The translations under genes and the position numbers were made by a program. 64,000 bases of DNA from Octopus vulgaris (lineage: Eukaryota), in assembly GCA_951406725.2 (NCBI GenBank), contig OX597822.1, positions 86,118,001 through 86,182,000 of the forward strand, read 5' to 3'. Under the pieces are notes generated by a model that worked only from the letters and a program-made list of their open reading frames with translations, made no database searches and had not been told where the DNA came from. Shown piece after piece: positions 14,621-25,850 of this stretch; the first letter of the stretch is position 1; every line of letters begins with the position of its first letter.

Positions 14621-14804
14621 CGTCCAAGACACACCATATTCCATCAACATCTTCGTGTTGTATGTATGAATCCTCAATTGTTGGGTCATAATCCTGAACA
14701 AACAGTTTCTGAAAGAACTGGATAGTGAGTGCCGACTTACCGACACCACCTTCTCCGACTACGACCAACTTGTAAGTGCTAGAGTCATTAGGTGGCTTCA
14801 CCAT
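14621..14804 (-). CDS. MRAS: M-Ras/R-Ras3 small GTPase, first coding exon (61 codons + 1 nt)
   Basis: [61 protein letters not shown] contains the P-loop GxGGVGKS, effector loop YDPTIEDSY and the M-Ras-typical TIQFFQK.F. Donor G|GTAAGT at 14620 is phase 1. The ORF continuation past 14620 is low-complexity intron. The next exon (VLDTAGQEE...) was not found in 1-14620. Confidence 0.92.
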
Positions 14805-16300
14805 TGTGATATGTTGCCGGTTTCGTTCCTAGCAACCCCCCCACATACACAACCGAGCTGCTTCGGATTCTGGTCTGTCGTCTTGCGACCCTCTATGTAC
14901 GTGTGACACAAACAACTCGTAGAGGTTTTGTTTTCAGAATTTGCCCACCAACCGTAGCGATCGGTTCCAATGAGGAATGAATGAGCGAACAAGCGAACAA
15001 AATGATAAAACGCTTGATACTGACTGGGCTTTGCCCTGTTACTGCTATTGTGGGAGATACTGCTGTTGATAGTGATAGTAATTGGTGATTCTGCTGGTGG
15101 TGCTTGTGACGGTGACGATGATGGTGAAAAGAAGAAGCAGAAGCTGGTGATGGTGGTGGTGGTAACGATGGTAATGATGATGATAATGATGCCGTTACAC
15201 TTCCTTGTTAGAGAAACTACGCCAGATCCATGCCTGCTGCGTTTGATGCTGCTGCTGCTGCTACTTCAACTTTTCTTCTCTCTTCTTTACCATTATGAAT
15301 ATCAACATTATCATTGTCATTGAAACAGGAATTGTATTCGAAATTATATCATTATTTTTATCATTATTATTATTTAAAATCCTTCTCCAATTTATAATCG
15401 AGGTGTTGTGGTCTGTACGTTCTGAGCACACACACACGCTCTCTCTCTTTCTCCCTCCCTCTCTCCAATGGATGGATGCTCTATTTTGACGACTGTATTT
15501 TATCACAGCAATCTCCACCCCATCATTTTTTTACCCACCCACTAATATATGTATGTGTGTGAGTGTGTGTAATCTACGTACATATGTATTCATGTGTAGT
15601 ATGCACGCATGTATATATGTGTGTATGGCACACACATAGATATGTGTATGATTGCATGAGAATGTATTTTCCAGCATAAATCATGTGTAAAAACGTGTTT
15701 GTAATAAAAAAAAAGAAGACAAAAGCGTGTATGGGTGAGAAAATAAGTATATGTTCCAATATATGTGTGTGTGACTAGGAAGCTAGGTGGTCGTAAGAGT
15801 GTTATGAAAGAGTCTTTAGGTATTTCAAAGAGAATACAAAAGAAACGTGTAGTTGTGGAAGATAGGGAGAGGCGCAGATAACGAGGGCGGGAAACGAAGA
15901 ATCGACAGAGCTAAGAAAGGTTGTGCGTTTATTTGCGTGTATCAAATATATGCTTTGTATACAACAAAGCATATATTTAATTGTAATCACAGGACTATGT
16001 TTATAAGTGTACATTTACTGTGTAAATACATCATAGAAAGAAATACATGTTTAAAGAATTCTTTTAACATTGGTGAACCCCACAAAAGGAACCCGATGGC
16101 TAACTTTTGGGGTTTCACTGCGTGCTGGGCTCCATCTACCACCTTACGTAGGGCAAAACAATAATAAAAAAAAGACAACACACACAGACATACTCGCTTA
16201 AATCAGAACGATAGCAAGGGCTCCAAACACTTCCGCAGTGATTCGACATGGGCTCAGCTTGAATTTTTTTATTTTTGTCAATGTGTAAAGGGGTTGGGTG
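14805..16300 (-). promoter_or_regulatory. Probable MRAS 5' UTR/promoter region
   Basis: CpG-retaining sequence immediately upstream of the ATG, with (CAG)n/(CAT)n/(CAC)n and GA/GT microsatellites on the minus strand. TSS not determinable. Confidence 0.45.
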
Positions 16301-17089
16301 GAAATTGAAGGAAAATGCGAAGCAAGGATGTGCAGTTCCAACAAAACTGACTGGTTAAGCGTTTAATGCAAGATCTTGCAGGAACTGAGACCAGGAGAAA
16401 AAGGTTGACGCTACAATTACTCAGTTCAAAGGAACAGTGACGGTTGTAGTAGTGTTAGAGTGCTGTACTGATGTGGTTGAACGTCTGCTGGGAAGAGAAT
16501 CTTGAATTTCTTCTCTAGAACGGTTGTGTGTCTGTGTAGCAGCAGAACTGTGTTCTACATATGGAAGCAGTACACGAATGTAGGTCTGAACATGTGTTCA
16601 GAAAGTTAATCATATATACTCATTATAATATATGCATCATAGATTATAGTTATCAAATTATTTTATATATTTATTTTAAAAAATATAGACTGCTCTACCT
16701 CTTAGAGTGTGCCTCTCAAGATTTATGTTTTTCTAAAAACGATATATATCTTTTACTTGTTTCAGTCATTTGACAACTGTGGCCATGCTGGAACACTTAT
16801 TTTTTTCACGCATTTCAGCTCAAAGAGTGTGGTCATGGTGGGGTACTGCTAATGTCATCACCTTCTCAATGGCCATTCTTCAAGGCGGATAGCTGGCAGA
16901 AACGTTAGCATGCCAGGCGAAATGCTTAGTGGTATTTCGTCTATCTTTATGTTCTGAGTTCAAATTCCGCCAAGGTCAACTTTGCCTTTCATCCTTTCAA
17001 CGTTGGCAAAATAAGTACCAGTTGCATACTGGGATAGATCTAATTGACTGCCCCCTCCCACCAAAATTTCAGAGATTGGCTTTTGGTGA

Positions 17090-17395
17090 AGGAGGGAGTT
17101 TGATATTGGTGCCCTCTTTTGAGTTTCTTGCGGTGATATAGGTTCATTTGGGACCTTGGACAGCAGAAGGTCAAGTTGTTTCTTGAAAACATCTACCTCC
17201 ACTCCATGTAGAACTCTCAGATTCTTTGGGAAGATATTAAATAGCCATGGGCCCTTGAATCCCAAGCTGTTGCAGTACATAGTCTTCACTCTGGATGAGA
17301 TGGCTGGGACATTTAGAACAGTGCAGTGATGTCCAGTTTGGCATTGAGAACTACACCAACCACCAAAGTTTGGTGCTATCCTCTCCAGGAACTTC
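17090..17395 (-). mobile_element. CR1/L2-like LINE 3' fragment adjoining a SINE
   Basis: NSLGFKGPWLFNIFPKNLR....VDVFKKQLDLLLSKVPNEP C-terminal motif. Confidence 0.7.
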
Positions 17396-19422
17396 CGTAT
17401 ACATATAAAAGCACCCATTACACTCTTGGAGTGGTTGGCATTAGGAAGGGCATCCAGCCATAGAAACCATGCCAAATCAGACTGGAGTCTAGTGCAGCTC
17501 CCCAGGTCTGGTCAAACTGTCCAGTTCATGCCAGCATGGACAATGGACATTAAATGATGATGATGATGATGATATAATGGCTGTGTGGTTAAGCTTGCTG
17601 ATTTGTGTCTTTTCCTATAGCCCTGGGCCAACCAATGCCTTGTGAGTGAATTTGGTTGATGGAAACTATGTGGAAATCCATCAGATGTGTGTGTGTGTTG
17701 TTGTTTGTTCCCCAACCACTTCACAACTGTAACTTCAGTTCAACAAAAGACACCAACAGAATAATTATCAGATTTAAAAAAACAAAGAATTGCAGTCGAT
17801 TAGTTCAGCTAAATCCTTTCAAGGCAGTGCCCCAGCATGGCCACAGTCCAATGACTAAAACAAGTAAAACATAAGTTTTTTTTTTCACCCTTGTATGGAT
17901 CACATGGAATTTGTTGACAGTTTTTCTGCAACTGCTCTTCCTGTCACCAACCCCCATGGTCAAGCATGGAATACGGGAAACAAAGGAGACTATTCACATG
18001 AGGGCAACACTCATTTGCAACTATCAGGCAACAAGAAAACAGCAATACACACACACACACACACACACATACATAGATCGGAAGGGCACCCAGCCATAGA
18101 AACCCTGCCAAAGTAGACAGTGGAGTTTGGTGTAGTCCTCTAGTTGGCCAACTCCTGTCAAACCACCCAACCCATGCCAGCATAGAAAACAGACATTAAA
18201 TGATGAGGATATACACGTGCACGCACATACATATGTATAAGTATCAAGTAAAACTCTTCAACATGGTGCCCCAGCATGGCCATAATCAAATAACTGAAAC
18301 AAAAGAAAAAAACTGATACACGTACACATGTATGTATACATGTAATGTGGTATATATTCTATATGCATGTAATGTATATATATAATAGATGGATAGATTT
18401 TTACATTTTACATATATACGCATAGACATGTATATAAAGAGAGCATTTAATCTGCATTCTGTACAGATATTTCTATATATACAGACTGATAAAGCATGTA
18501 ATGACTATGTCCACCTTGTCCTAAACCAAATTTTTTCTTATTATATGGGAAGCTAATCTTCACATCCACCTCAGTTCTGGTTTTAATCACCCAGAAATGC
18601 TTCCAAACACTTCAAATTATACTCATAACTCACACCCCTCCCTCTCACCATTACCAGCATCTCTCTTATATTTCTATTGTTCTGATGCTGCAGCTATTTC
18701 CATGTTTTAGTGAAAAGCATCATTGCTTGTTAAGGTCTTGAGATACATTCCATCACTTCGTTCCATCATCTCATTTAGCTGCAAGGAATTTCAAACTGCC
18801 CCAGCATATAACACATCCAAGGAATCCAAAATCTGAGTGATTACAGGCTCATTTACACAAGTTATTATTATTGGGCCCATGGCATATGGTAAAGCTTCTT
18901 TCCACAACAACGAGGCAATTCTTTACCAGAGAAATAAACTGAAATCTATAATTTCTGTATTGGAAACAAATATATTTCTAGCACACACACACAAGCACAC
19001 AGCCTTCAGTTGCCTTTTAGCCACATCCATAATCATCATTATTCAAACATTAACTTATTATTATTATTATTATTATTATTATTAGAGACCAGAAAGTGAA
19101 TTACTTTACCAATACTTATTTCGTTTGAAGAATTAAGCAACTGAAATAAGAATCTTTTATCTGTAGATTTGAGAACATTTATTTCAGGAGGATTCAACCA
19201 AGGAGACGTTAAGATTTAGAGCTTATTAATATTGTAGTTGCTTTTTTTATGGCATTTTATGTCACTTGTTTCAGTCATCAGACTGCAGCCATGCTGGGGC
19301 ATCACTGCCTTGAAGAATCTTTTTTAGGTAAATGAATCAATCCCAGGACTTACATTTTTTGGGGTCTGGTACTTATTCTATCAGTCTCTTTTGCCAAACC
19401 TTCCTCTCAGCCCCATCTTCTC

Positions 19423-19709
19423 ACCCCATTGTGCTGCTGCTGTCCTAAGACCCGAGAAAAAAAAAGGTACAGTACCTGTGGTAAATGTAGGACAGAGATA
19501 GATATAAAATGAATAAAACTATATAAAAGGCATGGATACATATGAAGCAAATCCATAGACACAGACAAACACACATACATGAAACTTCATGGACGGCTAT
19601 AACGATGTGACAACAACAACAACACTGTGGGCAAACAAACACAGAGGAACACAGGAACTGTATCATTTTTTGGTTCTTGGGTCTTAGGACAGCAGCAGTA
19701 CAATGGGGT
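19423..19709. mobile_element. MITE/foldback with ~58-bp TIRs
   Basis: accccattgtgctgctgctgtcctaagaccc.. and its reverse complement ending at 19709; lies where a minus-strand SINE breaks off. Confidence 0.7.
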
Positions 19710-20946
19710 TAGGGGAAGGCTACACTGCTGCTAGAAACTATGACACATACACAAGCATACACACATGCACACACAAACAAGGACACAAACGCATGCACAC
19801 ATAAGAATATGCATCTTAGGAGAACAGAATGGAGTAAGTGGAGCAAAAACACACACACAGAAACGAAAAGTGTCGCTGAAGAGGTCACAGATGTGTGACA
19901 AAAGATTTCCAGACAATGGACTTAAATAAGAACAGTAATAAACGGGTGAAGAAAAAAATATATATAGTCCATAGTGGTGCTCCAGCATGACCATGGCTGC
20001 ATGGCTGAAAAGAGTAAAAGAATGTGTGTTTATTTGACCAAAAAATAAATAAATAAAATGACCATCTGGAAATACAACAATATCTGTTTCAACACACGAT
20101 TTCACATCAGGAATTTTGCAAAACAAATTGATAAACATAAATTATAAAAATTACGGAGATGTACTTGCATAGCAAGTGACCTGATCTGAGATCATGTGCT
20201 GGAACGAAAACAGATGCAGCACAGAATTTTATCAGTGATCAGGACACGGTCTCAAAGTGACGAAAATATTTTAGCAAATTAAATTTAAATGTTGAAGTGA
20301 ATCTAACAATGTTTGTGTGTTTTTAAATGGCTTATAAACACCTTCCACGTTGCAATTGTTTTTAATTATAAAAATATAAACTTTTAAAAACTGAAATTTT
20401 TTTTTGTATTTGTAGTAAATCAAATTCCTCCCTACCCTGTTCACCACATTTTTTGACTTTGTTTTTCATTTGTTTTGAGGTTTTTTTTTTTTTAACGCGC
20501 TGCAAATCCTATCCCAAAGATAATTTCAGTTGGTTGCTATGGGAACATTCAGACAGATCAACTCCCACTGAAAGCCCCTAACAAACATTGTTTCATGTAG
20601 TTTACTACAGAGAAGTAGTTGCTCCTGATAGTCTCATGGAGTGAACTGTACTCTGGATGTTGCCTACTGACATAGTCATATGTAGTGACCCACGAGCATA
20701 ATAAATCACAGACATTGTCACATTCAGCTTATGACAGTGATGTAATACAATGTCACATGTACCAAAATCTTGTGCTTATGACACAGTCTCATATAGTTGT
20801 TGTTTAGCCCAAGGTCTAGTCCTGAAGCAGACCTAAACCCTAATCATTCCAGCCATTATTATCTTTTGTTTTTGAGACACAATGTATCTTGTACCCTATT
20901 ATCTAATCCGTCCCTTTTGTTTTAAAGACAGTAGTGTGTGATTTAA

Positions 20947-21166
20947 TCCTTTAGCAGTTAAACCAGTCAAATCAGGCCCAAATATTCTACCTGCTTTATG
21001 TTCAAACTGGCCTAATCCAGCCTCTCACACCTATCCTACAATGTCATTCTAAAAATAAATAATCACATCATTGAAATCTCACAGCTAAGGGATAATGCAA
21101 GGTTAACTCAAAACAATGTAAATAAATAAGCTTTGCATTTGACAGAGTAAACTGAAAGCTAAAAAG
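20947..21166. mobile_element. piggyBac-like MITE (220 bp)
   Basis: TTAA at both ends with cctttagc...gctaaa TIRs; homologous copies at 22407-22624 and ~26910-27004. Confidence 0.75.
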
Positions 21167-22406
21167 TTAAAAGGAGATTTCACTGCTATTTCTAGGAGAA
21201 CAAATGACTACATAGAGGCTCCATCATTGGTTCATATTTCAGAGAATGTACCTGGAGCAAATCTGCTTGCAAAGACCGTCCTCTCTCCAAACACTGCAGC
21301 CTAACTAACATGACTCTCAAATTTAACAATGCTCTTATTGTTAACAAATATTTCCTACTTTACAGTTATTTAGATGGACTTGGCCATTTTAGAGTTAAGT
21401 GACTTAACCACTAACACAATACACTGACAGGATACACATCATCAACCTCTCAGCTGGTTGGCCATCAACAAGGCCCTTGTATCTGTGAGGAATTAAATGC
21501 TGACAGATTTTGTACCAATTTCACCCATCCCTGCTCTAGATCTCTCAAACACATACAATATCAAAGATATTCATCTGAAGGGAAACTCATACTTGACACT
21601 GAACAGTTTAAGAATTGAAGAATTAAATGAGGTGAACAGTAAGTAGTCTTTGGAATGAGCAGCAGAACCTAGAGTGGCCTTGAATTGAGATTGACATCAT
21701 TATCTTATGATTGAGAGGCCAAAACATCCAGATGCTGGCACTGACTCACTGCTTTTTTGATTCATAACTCTCTCTCTATATCTATCAGTATACTTGCTTA
21801 GGTGCAGACCTTCTCTCTCTCTTTGGTATGTCTTTAGATGTGTATGTGTTTATGTGAGTGTGCATTCACACACACACAAACCTAAGGCAGCAGTGTTATT
21901 TGATAACAATCCTAAACACTGCCACACCTGTTGCCAATCCTATTTCATTCCTTTCCATAAACAAAACTAATTTTATTCCTATGCCTTCCCCACCTTTATC
22001 AACATTATTTCCTGTTTCTAATTATTCTTTTTTCTACTCCCCCTCCTCCTCCTTTCTCTCACCCCCATTTTTAATGTGGGTTGTTAGAAGAACCTTTGCT
22101 AATGTCTGAAAGGATTAAATGTTTTTGTTTCATTCCTATCACAAGAGTGAGCCTCTATACAGTCATTCAGCCTGCTAAAAATACCTGTCAAATCCTGCCT
22201 CATTTGACACATTTTCACTCTTAGAAGGACAGCTTAGAGAATGAGGTCATGGGGTTCCTGTGTATATGAAAAAAATGGTTGAATGGCCACAGTTAGAAAA
22301 GTTAGATCAAGACTGACCTGGGGTCAAACAACAACAAAGAGAACCTTTAAATAACCACTCAACTTGCAAGAAATAGCAGCCAAATCCCTCTCAAATCACA
22401 CTTTAA

Positions 22407-22624
22407 CCCCTTAGTATTTAAACTGGCCATATCAGGCCTCAATATTCTACTCGTTTTATGCTAGGACCAACCAGATCCAGCCTCTCACACTTACTCCTCA
22501 ATCTCATTCTAAAAAGGAATAATCACATCATTGGAATCTCAACACTATGAGATGATGCAAAATCGAAAACAATGTGGAATAAATAAGTATTAGATTTTGA
22601 CAGAGTAATCAGAATGTTAGGGGG
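22407..22624. mobile_element. piggyBac-like MITE (218 bp), same family
   Basis: TTAA|cccc...gggg|TTAA boundaries; internal sequence matches 20947-21166. Confidence 0.78.
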
Positions 22625-23032
22625 TTAAATAAAGAACACATTGAAGACTGTGGTCTCCGCTGTATTAGAGAAAATGGTCACATCTGGAATACTCTTCATC
22701 ATAGATCTGTCCAGTTAAAATTGACCTGAGATTTAAAAAAAACCAATCAACTGATATCATTGTTTTGGGGTTTTTTTAAATTTTACTGAAGTTAGAATTT
22801 CTTTTCTTTCAGCAGTTCTGTGGGTTGTCACCTCCTGACAACTGTCCAACCCATATCAAAATGGAAACTATACACTAAATACAAATGATAATGATGATTA
22901 TGAAATTTAGCACTCAGTACTATAAGTTAGTTAATTATACTTTTTAATTACACTTGTAATTATTCAATACTGTCTTTAAATACAATGAGAGCATTATGAG
23001 AGTAAGAAGTATACCTGTCTGTAAAATATATA

Positions 23033-23219
23033 CTTTTCTATTCTAGGCACAAGGTCCAAAATTTGGGGGGAAGGGGGCTAGCCAATTAGATCAACCCCAG
23101 TATACAACTGGTACTTAATCTATCGACCCCAAAAGGATGAATGGCAAAGTCAACCTCAGCGGAATTTAAACTCAGAACGTAACTGACGAAATACCGCTAA
23201 ACATTTTGTCCAGCCTTAG
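23033..23219 (-). mobile_element. tRNA-type SINE with central ..ttcatcctttnggggtcgata..aagtaccag domain
   Basis: Flanked by a 19-bp TSD cctgtctgtaaaatatata (23014-23032 and 23220-23238); related copies near 8005-8215, 10910-11150, 16882-17085 and 28977-29190. Confidence 0.8.
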
Positions 23220-23949
23220 CCTGTCTGTAAAATATATAAACTATACCAGTTTATAAAATCATCATCATCATCATCATTTAACATCCATGTTCCATGCGGG
23301 CATGGGTTGGACAGTTTGACAAGGATTTGATGTGTTGAAGGACTGCATCATGTCCCAGTATCTGCTTTGGAATGGTTTCTAGGGCTGAATGCCCTTCCTA
23401 ATGTCAGCCACTTAACAGAGTGGACTGGGTGCTTTTCTCATGGCAGAGCACTACTGAGGTCATCACAAATCTACAAACCTATGGAAGCAAGTGTAGATGG
23501 GGGTTAAAGGATGAGAGAAGTGGTTGGGGGTAGAGCAGGCTCTTGTTGTAGAGGAGCTACATGGCAATTCACATTTAAGAGAGAGAGAGAGAGAATAAAC
23601 TGAAAGTGTTTCTAAAGAGACAGACAGTGGTGATGAGGTGTCCAAGTGGCACCTCAAGTAAGAGGAGCAGTAAGGGTGGTGCAAGTGTGTATGGGGAGGG
23701 AAGAGATAGGGGAAGGTAACATCTGTAAGGATTGGTAAGGGTTGAAAGGGAGGAGGTGTTTGAGCTGGGGAGGCCTAACAGCAGGATGAGACAGTTGACA
23801 GGGGAGTGGAGAGAAAGATGAGTCTAGGTAGGCTGCACAAGTAGCATAGAGACAGACAGGTATAGAGCATGAGGAAAGATAATTTGGTGGCCCGGGGGTG
23901 GGGAGGACACTTGCATCTTGGGCCAACCAAAGCTTTGGGAGTAGATTTG

Positions 23950-25850
23950 CTAGACAGAAACTGAAAGAAGCTCATCATATATATGTTATGGATAATGCTA
24001 GGACTCTTTTGTTAGAGTCATAGCATAACCTAGATGAGATGCAGTTTGGTTTCATAGCTGGAAGAGGTACTGTAGATGCAATCTTCTTAGTGAAGAAAGT
24101 GTGGGAGAAATTTTTGGTTAAGAGCTAATCACTAATCCTGGTTTTCATTGGCATGGAGAAGGAATTTGACAGGGCACCATGTTCAGTAATTTGGTCACCA
24201 AGGAAACTCAGATTGTAAAAGCTATGGACAAAGATGTAGTGAGAGTTGGCAAAGACTTCAGTGATGACTTTAGCATAAAGGAAGGAGCGCATCAAGGCTC
24301 AATCCTTCAAGCAATGGACACACAAGAGATGTAGCAGAATCACAGGTAGACTAGAAGAGAACATAAGCTTTGTATGTGATACAGATGCACAGGAGCAGAG
24401 TAAATATAGTGTGAACAGTGCAGAAATGGACACCTTTGAATGCTTAAATGGGTCGCTAGAAGTAGTCAATAGCTTTTGTTATTCAGATGTTAGTAGCAAA
24501 GGAGGAGGTTTGTCTGAAAGTATAATAGCTATAGTAAGAACAGACTGGAAAGGGTTGAGAGAGCTGCTGCTGGCAACAAAGATCTTTTCCCTAAGAGTGA
24601 AGGACAACTTGTATGATGCTTGTGTTAAAACTGCAATGCTGCATGGTAATGAGACACGGGCCTTGAATGCAGAGGACTTGAGGAGATTGGAAAGGAATGA
24701 AGCACACATGCTCTGCTGAATGTGCATGAACCATGTAGAAGAAAGGAGCCGAGTGAAAAACTGGGTAGAAAAGGAATCAGATGTAGTGTGCAGGAAAGAA
24801 GACTGTGTTGATATGGACATGTAATGTGTATGGAACAAAACAATTCTCAAGACCCAACCAATTACCTTCACAAAACAGATTCTCTAAGCACAATGTGCAC
24901 AAATATGCTTCCTGTTCAATTTGCTTCTCAAGAGATTCTCACCACCCTTCATCTCTCTAACTGCACTATTCTGCTGCTGTAATTGTATTTGGAATAGAAC
25001 TACATACTGCACTAGGCATTCCCTGTTACCACTTGTACATCTTACAATTTACCTGGAATCATTTCACTTACCCGTTTTTCATACTGTCCTCTCCTACCAC
25101 ATTTTACATTGATCACCTTCTTCAGTCACCAAATTCTCTCTCCTCTACCACCATCCATCAACCTCACCCTCTTACAACCTACCCAACCACATCATCTCTC
25201 TCTCTTTCCCCCCCCTGATTAGTCATCCTCATTATTACTAGTCTACTGCTTTTCACCCAACCCATTTTCTGCACTATCAGTCACCTCCTCTCCCTTACCT
25301 TCCCCCAATTCATGTATCATTGATCACCCCCTCAACCCTACCCAACTTCTACAGTTGTCACCTACTCTTCCCTCAACATTTACTCATTCCCTCTATCTAG
25401 CCATCTCTCACCCTCCCAAATATTCTTCCATCCTTCATCTTCTGTCTCTGATCACCTCTTATCTCAAGGCCACACCTTATTATCACCATTTTCTCTCTTT
25501 CCAGCATCACCCATTAACCTTTCCCTCCAGCCTCTCTTTTATATCTCCTCTACAAGAAACCTGCTCTATTCTGATTCCTTCTCCTAGCATAAAGTCACCT
25601 CCCTCTCTCTTGTAGTCCCAACTCAGCTGAAGGAAATTATAGTCCTGCAGGGTAACCTCACTGGTGCAGGTACCTTAAAAAAATACCTAGTCCACAGTGT
25701 AAAGTGGTTGGAGTTAAGGAGGGCATCCAACCATAGAAACCCTGCCAAAGCAGATAGTTGGAGCCTGATGGACTCTGGACCCACTTGATTCTTTCAAAGC
25801 ATGCAATCCATGCCTGCCAACATGGAATATGGACATTAAATGATGATACA
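23950..25850 (+). mobile_element. 5'-truncated RTE LINE (RT remnant, CT-rich 3' region, GAT tail)
   Basis: LDEMQFGF.AGRGT.DAIF, LEVVNSFCY and LYDACVKTAMLHGNET motifs; ends in ...ggacattaaatgatgat. Confidence 0.8.

Noticed and set aside
14745-14760. MRAS P-loop GEGGVGKS as a possible activating variant
   Set aside because: The G12/G13-equivalent glycines are intact; D to E at the preceding position is conservative.
15048-15518. ORFs with poly-M/V/L/N runs
   Set aside because: Translations of trinucleotide microsatellites in the MRAS upstream region.
16290-16520. Possible divergent exon or LINE remnant upstream of MRAS
   Set aside because: Only weak LINE-like words (YYNRHCSFEL) and no convincing splice sites or ORF.
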